Assembly (NCBI GenBank): GCA_963758295.1
Contig: CAVWUU010000002.1
Coordinates: forward strand, 96,001 to 160,000
Direction of reading: 5' to 3'
Length of the DNA stretch: 64,000 nt
Origin: Candidatus Eremiobacteria bacterium
GTDB lineage: Bacteria > Vulcanimicrobiota > Vulcanimicrobiia > Vulcanimicrobiales > Vulcanimicrobiaceae
This document shows positions 21,001-30,793 of this stretch, piece by piece. Both the position numbers and the translations under genes were made by a program. Position 1 is the stretch's first letter. Each line of letters starts with the position of its first letter. Below the pieces are notes generated by a model, which saw only the letters and a list, made by a program, of their open reading frames with translations, ran no database searches and was not told the DNA's origin.

Positions 21001-21109
21001 ATTCCATTTTGCTCATCAGCTTTTCTGATGCAGAGCCGGAGGCAGCGGGAACAGCACTTGGAGCCACGGCAAACGCCGCAGCTAGTAGAGTGGCAACAAA
21101 GCGCTTCAT
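18017..21109 (-). CDS. Secreted BNR/Asp-box (VPS10/sortilin-like) beta-propeller protein, glycosyl hydrolase-like
   Basis: Signal peptide, WRQVGP..GGR, many SxDxGxTW Asp-boxes, ATHGRSFW, helical C-terminus. Confidence 0.88.
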   Translation of the reverse strand: MKRFVATLLAAAFAVAPSAVPAASGSASEKLMSKMEWRQVGPYIGGRVVAVAGVPDQPNLFYMGGVQGGVWKSENYGTSWENITDGKMGTISHSIGAIAVAPSNPKTIYVGTGESDIRGDWANGEGIYKSTDAGKSWKYAGLSETRQTSSIVIDPRNPDVVYATSMGHVFVPNADRGVYKTIDGGKTWKKVLFVDDKTGANNIVMDAKNSNVLYATMWQAQRTAWTLDSGGPGSAIYKTIDAGKTWKKISSNPGFAKGMLGKMGVAVAPNNSSVVYAIAQAQDGGVFRSDNAGATWTRVNDEWKLRQRAFYYMAIYVDPTNSKVAYAPNVDSVFRTTDGGRTWKPLGPGLGDNHIVWINPHNPKVLIIGDDGGANVSVDYGKTFSTTQNQPLSQFYHIVLDNQFPYHMYGAMQDAGAFEMPSASNQGLGDNVVQGVALGESTYVAVDPNNPNVTYGGAYYSVLARLDNATGDEKNVTPWAIYLPGHAAAETKYRFGWTHPIMFSPAEPHTLFEAAQVVFRSDDYGRTWKVISPDLTRNVKSTEGPSGGNVYWDQTGAETFPDIASLGFSPVNKDIIWAGSADGLVHVTQDGGTNWKNVTPKQLGSQWSQISSFEPSLTDACTAWTTVSRYMWDDMRPYIFKTTDCGANWTQMTNGIPSDQSVFAVRVDPREPRVMFAGTRSRVYVSLNSGQSWQSLALNLPPVEVRDIAINAREGEVAIATHGRSFWALDHLQQIEDVARESSPSISSAQVFQPETAWLTHAYGGGGFGPSGDNPDYGVSVFFNLPSNYNGRTPVTLSFEDTSGKTIRSFNLHLKNKKAKKYEGWQLGAMDAISAGNYNLSRQTAAQPGMNKFLWDMRYTPAAEIAGQHIVPTEDFRDDLLGPTTLPGDYTVVLNYGGTVTKAPFKIQLDPRFNPAADELPSRLSLAMELSNKINELDTTVNAAQNKMASLAPSKRAAVEKAVTLVYEPRYRSSEADIMLPSKLRDHLAMLMNSLDVSYSAPTAAEQDAAKQLEGQADTAIAQIKAAARM

Positions 21110-21303
21110 TTAGGCGCTATACCGCTGTTTTTTTGCCGGTTCCTTTATGTTGGTGCCGGCGAACTCGAAGGGCCGCGGCGATCCCCTAAAACCAGTTTTA
21201 CACCGGTAGCAACGCGTCAAACGCGACGGAACGACACGAGGCGTGCGGATTCCTGTAACGTAAATCTCCGTAGCGTGAACACTGTCGCAATGGAGGAAAC
21301 GTG

Positions 21304-21390
21304 ATGCTCGCAGCATTCATCGATGGCCGAATCTTTGGAATGCTGTTCGTTGTGCTTCTAAGTGTCGCCGTAGCAGTAGGGATGATGTGA
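21304..21390 (+). CDS. 28-aa single-TM small protein
   Basis: GGAGGA 6 nt before ATG; MLAAFIDGRIFGMLFVVLLSVAVAVGMM*. Confidence 0.5.
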   Translation: MLAAFIDGRIFGMLFVVLLSVAVAVGMM

Positions 21391-21446
21391 GTCGCGATCT
21401 TCGTCGCAAGAAGAGCGACGAAGGACCGGTCTAAATAGCGCCGACA

Positions 21447-22227
21447 CTACTCGGCGTTTGCCAATTGAATCCATGTGGGCGCATGGTCACTGGTCTTTTC
21501 CTTTGCGCGGACGTCCCGATCGACGCCGGCTGCCAGCGAGACGCGTTTCAAGGCCGGGACTCAACAGTAGATGATCAATGCGTAGTCCCGCGTTGCGGCC
21601 GAACGAATTCCGGAAGTAGTCCCAAAAGGTGTAGATCCGCTCGTTTGGATAGAGCGTGCGCAGAGCGTCGGTCCACCCCTGCGCGGTGAGCCGGTGAAAC
21701 GCCTCGCGAACTTCCGGACGAAAGAGCGCGTCGTTGCGCCAACTCTCCGGCTTGTAGACGTCCAGATCCGTCGGCATGACGTTGAAGTCTCCGGCGAGGA
21801 CCACCGGCACGCGCCGCGCCAGGAGATTTGTGGAGTAGTCCGTCAACGCATCGAACCACGCCAGCTTGTAGTCGAACTTCGGGCCGGGAGCTGGGTTGCC
21901 GTTCGGCAAGTACAGGCACCCGATCAAAATGCCGTTTACGGAAGCTTCGATATAGCGTGAGTGCCCGGAATCGGGTTCGCCCGGCAAGCCCCGCTGGGTC
22001 TCGTGCGGTATTTCACCGCGCGTTAGAATGGCAACGCCGTTCCAGCTTTTCTGCCCGAGCCAGATTGCCCCATATCCCGCCTCCCGTATCGCGTCCTCCG
22101 GAAACTTTTCTTGCGGTGCCTTCAATTCCTGAAGGCACACAACGTCCGGTTTTTCCTGAGCGAGCCACTCGAGGAGGACGGGCAAACGTCCGTTGACGCC
22201 ATTCACGTTATACGTCGCAATTTTCAT
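21447..22227 (-). pseudogene. xth: Exodeoxyribonuclease III with a 1-nt frameshift near 21535
   Basis: MKIATYNVNG, LQELK, YLPNG, GDFN, GLRIDH. The conserved tail AAGVDRDVRAKEKTSDHAPTWIQLANAE* lies in a shifted frame. Confidence 0.88.
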
Positions 22228-22568
22228 TGGTCGATCTATTTCCACAAACCGCACCTGGCACGCTTTACGGGTGACCCGAGCGACCGTTCGAACATCTCCG
22301 TGGTCCACGGTCCTGCCCCTTATCTCAGCCGATATCTCTCGAAACGCAGCCTCCGACACGCCCCGGCGGGCTCAGCGACGCAAACATGTCGTCGAAAAAT
22401 CGACGCTGATACAGTGCACAAATTCGTTCGTTATCTCAAAATACCGGAAACCAACGAGACGGTGCTATCGCCTCAAAACGGACCGCAATCGGTTTCACGC
22501 CGGCATAGCTTGCGGTAAAACCGCTACCGTAATCACCTTGCCACCGTCAAACGCGGAGAAAACTTCCA

Positions 22569-23013
22569 ATGATGATCACGCATGAGCTACTCGTACGCAT
22601 TCTCAGCGATGAAGCGGGTTATGATCCAGAGACAGCAGCGGCAATCGCTACGACACTCTTGACGCTATTGGAAAAGCGCGGCCAAACAGAAGACGCGTTC
22701 GGGGCAGCGCGATTTCTCCAAGGACTTAGCGACGCTTGTAGGCTGCTGAGTTTAACACTCGACGACCTCAACGAGGCCGAGCGGCTTTTAAATGAATCTT
22801 GTGAAAAAACAGCGGTTCAATTCAGCGCCGAACAACGCGGTGCCATACTCGACGCCATAAGAGCCGGTATCGAGCTTGGACATGCTCTAAACCACCGGCA
22901 CGAACGAGCACGAGCACGATCACGGGCGCGAGCATCACAACGAACACGAACACGGACACGGGCATCAGCATGAACACGTGCATCAGCAGGGCGACTATGA
23001 CGCCGGTGATTAG
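22569..23013 (+). CDS. Hypothetical helical protein whose His-rich C-terminal tail is reached via a frameshift at about 22890
   Basis: GGAG RBS. In frame the tail reads RARARS; removing one A from CTAAACC gives TTGTNEHEHDHGREHHNEHEHGHGHQHEHVHQQGDYDAGD*. Confidence 0.6.
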
Positions 23014-23098
23014 GATAACTCCAGGAGGCATTGGGCGAGGCACTAGATGACGTCGCCGATACTACGATTCGCAAGAAGTTCTCGCATCCGTCGCGATT

Positions 23099-23410
23099 TT
23101 ATGCGCACTTTTCCGGCCCATCGGATCCGTTCCGAAGTTCTCCTTCGATCGTCTCGATGAATGCAGCGGCTTTTGGATCGGAGACGCGCTCGGCGATCGC
23201 AGACGCCTGTGGCTCTTTACGCCAATACCAAAGCATGAGCAGAAACACCGCGGCAAGCCCAACCAAATCACCTACAATACGAACGTTGAACGGTATGAGA
23301 CCAGCTCGGCTTGCCGCAACGGCGCCGCACGCAACCAAGAAGGCGTACCACAGAAAGGCTCGCCTAAATGATCCACGTGGGCTTGGCTTTCTCGATAGGT
23401 ATTGGGGCAT
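23099..23410 (-). CDS. Small 2-TM membrane protein
   Basis: GAGG RBS; two hydrophobic segments. Confidence 0.55.
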   Translation of the reverse strand: MPQYLSRKPSPRGSFRRAFLWYAFLVACGAVAASRAGLIPFNVRIVGDLVGLAAVFLLMLWYWRKEPQASAIAERVSDPKAAAFIETIEGELRNGSDGPEKCA

Positions 23411-23639
23411 GCATCGTGCCTCGTGTTCCGTAGGCGCCGGATTCCTTTGCGCTCAGAAATGCATAGGCGAGCAGTTTGACTCGAGATTATTCGTCGAAAG
23501 TTTGACGCCGTCCACCGCGGGTGCCTTCATCGAAGCCATGCCGCCCTTAGCGACGATGTGACCGGCAGCGAAGAGCGCCGCGAACAAGGCCTTCATGAAT
23601 TTCTCCAGACGCACCACAGGCCGTGGTGGATTCCGCAAG

Positions 23640-23880
23640 TTGTCGCAAGATTGATGTCCAGGTTCCGCGAACGTATTTCGCCCGGGTGCGCCTGCGGCGC
23701 CGCGCAATCCGCAGGTTAGCAAGCCGATAGAGGCCTTTAAAACGCTTGTAATTCATGTACGGGTCGCCTTCGTCGGCAACTCGCTCGTAAATCATGTACA
23801 ACCGCTTGCATCCGTAGCACCGATATTGTTGCGCAAACTGCGTCAGGCGCTTCGGCAGCGGCGCGTCTTGCCCGGCCTTG
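23640..23880 (-). mobile_element. IS3-family transposase OrfB N-terminal remnant
   Basis: D..L.KRL..FAQQYRCYGCKRL......MNYKRF.GLYR.ANL..ARRRRR matches the IS3 OrfB HTH region. No DDE core. Confidence 0.7.
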
Positions 23881-24359
23881 AGTCCGACCACGGAAGAACT
23901 CGCACAGCCCTATGGCGGGTCCTTGACGCCCGGCGCGCTTTCTACGGTCTTCGCTGACGGTCGCCGCAGTTTTCGCCGGCGGACGTCGCCACGATTTCTC
24001 TGCGTAGTCCTCACCCCCGAGGCCGTCGACTGCGCGGTTGGTTCGCCCGCGATGATTTCGCGCTACGAGATCGCATCATCCATCCGGCGGATTCGTGAAG
24101 GCGGCGCTCCGAGCCATTGCAGCGATCGGCAACCACGACTTGCCGGGATGGTCGAACACCAACGGTGCGATTATGGACACATCGGCCCGAATGATAGACG
24201 CTGCATCGTTTGACGAAAAGTATTTCCGTGTTGACTAGAATAGGAAGCAGCGCTAAGACTGACACGAAGGAGGGAAAGATAAGTATGGGGTTCTGGCGCC
24301 GTTGGTTTGCAGCTGCTCCGATGCCGACTTTTTGTCCCGTGTGCCGTGTTGATCGGAAG

Positions 24360-24509
24360 TCCGCGAAGCATCGCTGGCGGTCTTCGACTTCATCGAGGGC
24401 TGGTACAATCCGCATCGCCGGCACTCTGCCCTCGGTTATTCTCACCCAACAACTACGAGCGCCGGATGATTTATGCGGCGTAATGCCCCACGGAACCGAG
24501 TCAACTACA
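24360..24509 (+). mobile_element. IS3-family OrfB C-terminal remnant with putative right end
   Basis: EASLAVFDFIEGWYNPHRRHSALGY(L)SPNNYE, followed by CCACGGAACCGAGTCAACTACA ending in CA, like IS3 termini. Confidence 0.75.
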
Positions 24510-24822
24510 GTCGTATAGGTTCGGCATGTTGTGTCCCGGCGCTTCAAAAGCCCAGAACTTGCTCGATTGGCTTACGCAGCGTCCTTGGCAGCCCGACAAA
24601 CTCCCACGTACAGCTACTGTTATGGTGCAGACTGTGAAGTATCACGCCATAAGCGAACCCGGATCGGTGCGACGGCGCTACGCGGCCTCATAGGCGGCCA
24701 GGCCCTACGAAGCCGTTCGGGCTTGCGACTCGCCGCGCGACCTCCTACGCCGTTCTTCACCAGCAGGTACGGGGGTCTGCTCGAACTTCGCTAAGTGGAA
24801 CGAAGCACTGAAGCACGAAGCG

Positions 24823-26015
24823 TTACGGGTTGAGCGGCGCCGGTGGATTAGGCGGGCAATCGACGAGTCCAACCGTAAAGGGAGTCGTCGGAATCGCCTC
24901 ATTCGCGAGCACCGTCCAAAAGCTCGTAGTGCCGCGGACCACTGTGCTGTAGAACGCCGCATATTGCCCGAAGGGGCTTGTCGTTGGCTGCCACCGGTCG
25001 ATGTTGTTGTACACGAGTAAGCCGCCCGGGCCGTTGGCGTTAAAGGTGACTGCAACGGCATAACCGTAGCGGAACGCGACCACCTCCTGGACGTCGGAGG
25101 TGCCCGCGCTTACGACAAACGGCGACCAACTCGCCGAGCGGTGAGCGATGTATTGCTGGTCGCCGCTGGTCCACACGTCATATTGCCCCGTGCCCGTTAT
25201 CCCTCGGAGATGTGCCGGCGGTTTGCCATTCGAATTCGGCAACGGTTGCGGTGTAACGCTTGTCCCGTTCCAGTGGTATATGCCCGTCGGAAATTCAGAC
25301 ATCGCTATCCACACATTCTGTGGTGAAACGGCATAGATGCCGGAAACCTCCGAAAGCGGATTCACCGATACCGATGTGTCCGTGGTCCAGGCGCTTGCGT
25401 TAAGTCGTGCGAGATGCAGAAGCGAAATTAGCTGGGGATTCGAACCAGCGACAGTCTGCAGGTATTCACTTTCGGCAGCAACCCATACGTCATTCGACGC
25501 GTCAGCGGTTATGAATAAAAACCTGAACTGATGTCCGCTTTGAAAGCTCGGCGGGTTCCGAACGAATAACCACCTCGCGCCGTTCCAATGCAAAATGAAA
25601 GGCGTCGTGTTCTCCGCAGAGCCGGACTCATAATAATACGCCTCTCCGGCCGCCCAGACATTGTTTGAAGCGATGGAGTAGATTGAGTCAACTGCCACAA
25701 AAACCCAGTGTGGGGAAGCCACAGGCATGGATACCTGTTGCCACGACGAGCCGTTGAAGTGGAGCATACGAATTTGCGCGCCTACATTGGGGATGCTGGC
25801 CCACGAGTCGCTTGCCGAAATCCCATTCACGACGTAGCCAGTAAGGCTCGACGGCCCGAATGTCGCGAATTAAGCGTGCATTCTCTGCCGGACGCAAGCG
25901 ACGCTAACGGTTGAGCCCGCTCGGATGCGGCTTGTGGCAACGGCGACGACGCGTGCTGTTGACCGCATGCGCTAACTCCAACGGCGACAGCTATTGTCAG
26001 CAACCATCGTCGCAT
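24823..26015 (-). pseudogene. Secreted lipoprotein with repeated 'VWA..../HWNG..W' beta-propeller-like motifs, split by a 1-nt frameshift at about 25870
   Basis: GAGGTG RBS, MRRWLL...VSAC lipobox. Adding one T to CTTAATTC joins CTLN-FATFGPSSLTGYVVNGISASDSW into a single ORF. Confidence 0.7.
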
Positions 26016-26207
26016 GGAACACCTCACTGACGTTCGGGTCGTTCGCACGCGCGCATGCCGAAACCAGGGGCGGACGAGAACTTCCCCTCAGTTGTCGCCG
26101 CACGGCGAATCGTGCGGACGGGGATCGTCAGAATGTCAACTTACATTCTAACAGCTTTGCGCACGAAACACTACTCCGTGTCGCATTTGTCGCCACACAA
26201 CGTTTGG

Positions 26208-26620
26208 TTATGCGGCCGGCGCCCGCATCGATCGTTTACGGCGGTAGATTATCACTGTCGCGATTCCAATTGCGGCGAGATACGGAATGTAAGCGAGAGC
26301 GACGCTGCGCAGTGAAAGGAGGCCGATGCTCGTGCGCGAGAGGGAATGGAGCGCTGCCTGCCACGCGTTCGCCAATTGTGCTGCGGAGCCCGATTCTACG
26401 GCGGTCGCGCTCGCTTCCGAGGCGACGCTCATGCTGACAGTTGCATAAACGACACGGTTTTGCTCGACTTCACGTCCGCTTCGAGCGTCTCGATGTTTTC
26501 GCGCACTTGCGAAAGCTGGTTTTCAGCGTCGAGACCTTCACCCATGGTCGCCGACCGTCCCATGATACGCAGAATGCCGGTTTCCGTCGGCCGCAAATTC
26601 CTCAGCCGCGCGGACCGATT
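26208..26620 (-). pseudogene. Degraded DUF4349-like fragment (coiled coil + C-terminal TM)
   Basis: RLRNLR.TE..IL.IM.RS......LDAENQLSQVRENIETLEAD, then a frameshifted TM tail; N-terminus missing. Confidence 0.55.
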
Positions 26621-26824
26621 CGGTGACGTACCAGGCGAATTGGCGCCAGAACGCGGCGATTGCGGAAGCGCGTGCACCGGTAGCCGCCGCGGCGGACCGC
26701 CGGGGCACGCTTTGCGAAGCGAATCTCGATATCTTTCATCCAACCCGATGACAAAGTGAAGGCAAGCAGGTCCATTGACCGTGCTTTAAGTAGACATTCT
26801 AGTAGACCAGAGACTACGACAATG

Positions 26825-26848
26825 AAAAGAGCCCGTAAAAACGAGCTC
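26825..26848 (-). terminator. Intrinsic terminator after tRNA-Glu
   Basis: Minus strand GAGCTCGT-tttt-ACGGGCTC followed by TTTT. Confidence 0.65.
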
Positions 26849-26852
26849 CAAA

Positions 26853-26927
26853 TGGTAGCGCCAGCGGGAATCGAACCCGCCTCTCCACCGTGAAAGGGTG
26901 ATGTCCTAGCCGATAGACGATGGCGCC
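26853..26927 (-). tRNA. tRNA-Glu (TTC)
   Basis: GGCGCCA/TGGCGCT acceptor stem, anticodon loop CTTTCAC, GGTTCGATTCC T-arm, encoded CCA. Confidence 0.96.
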
Positions 26928-26975
26928 ACGGTCCTTCGGTACGTTACCCTGTCTCGTGCCGACTGTCAACGTCAT

Positions 26976-27050
26976 TGGTGGGCCTGGTAGGATTCGAACC
27001 TACGCACAACCAGTTATGAGCCGGGCGCTCTACCGCTGAGCTACAGGCCC
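26976..27050 (-). tRNA. tRNA with CAT anticodon, most likely Ile2 (lysidine); elongator Met not excluded
   Basis: GGGCCTG/CAGGCCC-A-CCA; loop CTCATAA. The 1:72 pair is intact and there are no three consecutive GC pairs, so it is not fMet. Confidence 0.9.
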
Positions 27051-27072
27051 CAACGACGCGGTTCCGCTTCGA

Positions 27073-28398
<1,326 letters not shown>

Positions 28399-28854
28399 TT
28401 AGTCCGCGAGCCAGCGTTGCAGGTCGTGCTTGCGCGAAACGTATTCGTTTGCATCGAAGAAAATCTTGAGCTCGCGTTCCGCGCTGCCCTTGCTGTCGCT
28501 GCCGTGAACCATGTTGTAGCCGATCGTTTGGCCGAAATCGCCGCGAATCGAGCCCGGTGCCGCGCTCAGCGGATTGGTCGCGCCGATGATTTGACGCATG
28601 CCTTCGATGACGCTTTCCCCTTCGACGGCCATTGCGACGAGCGCTCCGCTCGTGATGAAGTTCACGAGATCGGCGAAGAACGGCTTATCTTTATGTTCTC
28701 CGTAGTGCTCGCGCGCTTTATCGCCCGGAAGCTGCATCATCTTCATCGCGGTAATAACATAGCCGCGGCGCTCGATGCGCGAGATAATTTCTCCGACCAG
28801 CGATCGCGAGACCGCGTCGGGTTTACACAGGATCAACGTCGTTTCTAATGCCAT
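28399..28854 (-). CDS. ndk: Nucleoside diphosphate kinase
   Basis: KPDAV, GATNP, PGSIRGD, NMVHGSDS. Confidence 0.98.
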   Translation of the reverse strand: MALETTLILCKPDAVSRSLVGEIISRIERRGYVITAMKMMQLPGDKAREHYGEHKDKPFFADLVNFITSGALVAMAVEGESVIEGMRQIIGATNPLSAAPGSIRGDFGQTIGYNMVHGSDSKGSAERELKIFFDANEYVSRKHDLQRWLAD

Positions 28855-28895
28855 AGCAGGCCCCGAATACGGCGCAAGCGCAAGGTTAACCTAGC

Positions 28896-29675
28896 ATGCT
28901 CTCTTCCGAACACCCGTACGCCTCCGTAGAACGCGAACTGCGCGGCACGGCATTTTCGAGGATAAGGTACGTGGAAACGACCGGGAGCACGAATGACGAT
29001 GCTGCCGCTGTGCTCGGTCACGAGGCCGGTTACGGTACGACCATCGTCGCAGAGTACCAAACGCGCGGCGCCGGCCGGAAAGGCCGCTCGTGGCTGGCCG
29101 AGCCGGGCACCTCGCTCCTGTTCACCACCGTACTGCCTCGCTCTATCCGGGCGTCGCACTTATGGATCGTGCCGTTCGGCGTAGCGATCTGCGTGAGGCG
29201 AGCGCTTGTGTTGAACGGAGTGCCCGCGCAGCTCCACTGGCCGAACGATCTGCTCGTGGACGGACGTAAGGTGGCAGGCATTCTCTGCGTTTCGCGGGTC
29301 GCCGGCAATCGCGCGTGGGTGGGAGCCGGCGTGGGAATCAACGTGCGCCGCACGCCGGGCGCTGAAGCCGGCATCGTGCCCGCGCCCGCTTTCTGTAATG
29401 ATTTCGCGCCTGTCGACCGCGCCTCGTTGTTGCGCGACGTGCTCTTGAACTACGACATCTGGAACGACACCGTTGACATGCCGCCGCGCATTGCGCGTGT
29501 GTGGGAACGGCAAGCGGGCTTGCCGGGCATGCGTTACCGCATCCTGAAAGACGGCGAAGCATCGCCGATCGAGGTCTCGGCCATAGGTCTTGCAAACGGC
29601 GGCGGTCTAGTCGTCGAACACGACGATGGCCGGCGCGAAACCATCGCGCTCGCCGACGCGCGCGCGTTACGCTAG
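28896..29675 (+). CDS. birA: Biotin--protein ligase (no HTH)
   Basis: TGSTN, QTRGAGRKGRSW, HWPND, KVAGIL, GVGIN. Confidence 0.93.
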   Translation: MLSSEHPYASVERELRGTAFSRIRYVETTGSTNDDAAAVLGHEAGYGTTIVAEYQTRGAGRKGRSWLAEPGTSLLFTTVLPRSIRASHLWIVPFGVAICVRRALVLNGVPAQLHWPNDLLVDGRKVAGILCVSRVAGNRAWVGAGVGINVRRTPGAEAGIVPAPAFCNDFAPVDRASLLRDVLLNYDIWNDTVDMPPRIARVWERQAGLPGMRYRILKDGEASPIEVSAIGLANGGGLVVEHDDGRRETIALADARALR

Positions 29676-29693
29676 CTTCTACCAAGGAAAACG

Positions 29694-30785
29694 ATGAAGT
29701 TCTTTTCACTCGCACTCGCAGCAACCACGTTTGCTGCCGCCGTGCCGGCTGCGTCGTTTGCCGGCATTACAACGGTGCCCTCAGACCGAATCACCGCGGC
29801 CGTCCAACGTCAGCTGACGTCGACCGGCGTGCCCGGAGCGCAGGTTATCGTCTTGCAACACGGCCGTATTGTCTACGAAAGATGCTTCGGCGTTCGCCGG
29901 CTGGGCGGGGCGCCGGTGCGGCCGGCAACACGGTTCGAAATCGGATCGGATACGAAGCAGTTCACCGCCGCGGCGATTCTGCAACTCAAAGAGAACCGAC
30001 AATTGCGCCTAGACGACCGCCTTGCAAAGTACGTTCCGGCATTCCCTCATGCCAATGAAATCACGCTTCGCCAACTGCTCGATCAGACGAGCGGCCTTCC
30101 CGACTACGTGCTGACGAATCACTTTCTGCATATCACGCAGACCAGCACGGGAAGTTTTGAGCGCATAGAGCATTTGGTGGCCGGACCCCTGCATTTTACG
30201 CCGGGTTCTCGCTGGGAGTACAGTAACGCCAATTACGTCGCTCTGGGACGGGTTATTGAAATCGCTTCAGGGCAAACGTACGACGCGTACATAACCGCGC
30301 ATCTCTTCGCGCGCGCCGGCATGACGCAAACAACGACCATCGCGCACGAAGCCCAGGTGGCCGATATGGCGACCGGCTATTGGCGTGGACGCGAACGGAA
30401 AGGACCGTTCGTCCAGGCGCCGGAGATCGGCGCATCGTGGACTTGGGCGGCGGGTGAGATCGTTTCGACGACCGCGGATCTCGCGAAGTGGGATCGCGCA
30501 CTGCAGTCGGGACGGATAATCAGCGCTTCAGATTTCACGCTCATGACATCGCCCGCGCGCCTAACGAACGGCAAGCTGGATGATTACGGCTTTGGCTGGT
30601 GGATCGATCCGGTTGCCGGCCATACCGATGTGTACCATGACGGCGACACGTACGGCATGTCATCGAGCAACGATCTTTTCCCGGCGGACGGAATCGACGT
30701 CATTGTGCTCGAGAATGCAGCGGACGACGCCGCAGCCGATACGGCGCGAGCAATTTTTCGCGCAATCGTAACGGCTGCGGCATAG
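29694..30785 (+). CDS. Secreted serine hydrolase, beta-lactamase class C-like
   Basis: Signal peptide; SxxK (GSDTKQF), YSN, HDG. Confidence 0.9.
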   Translation: MKFFSLALAATTFAAAVPAASFAGITTVPSDRITAAVQRQLTSTGVPGAQVIVLQHGRIVYERCFGVRRLGGAPVRPATRFEIGSDTKQFTAAAILQLKENRQLRLDDRLAKYVPAFPHANEITLRQLLDQTSGLPDYVLTNHFLHITQTSTGSFERIEHLVAGPLHFTPGSRWEYSNANYVALGRVIEIASGQTYDAYITAHLFARAGMTQTTTIAHEAQVADMATGYWRGRERKGPFVQAPEIGASWTWAAGEIVSTTADLAKWDRALQSGRIISASDFTLMTSPARLTNGKLDDYGFGWWIDPVAGHTDVYHDGDTYGMSSSNDLFPADGIDVIVLENAADDAAADTARAIFRAIVTAAA

Positions 30786-30793
30786 TCCCCTTA

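Noticed and set aside
22895..22990. Short tandem repeats (GAGCAC/GAACAC) as a possible CRISPR or VNTR
   Set aside because: 6-nt period with no spacers; explained as Glu-His/Gly-His codons.
23453..23596. 47-aa ORF MKALFAALFAAG... with GGAG RBS
   Set aside because: Looks like a truncated signal-peptide fragment next to an IS remnant; too little support to call as a gene.
24011..24547. 178-aa minus-strand ORF containing MRIVPALDEVEDR
   Set aside because: That segment is the antisense reading of the IS3 remnant.
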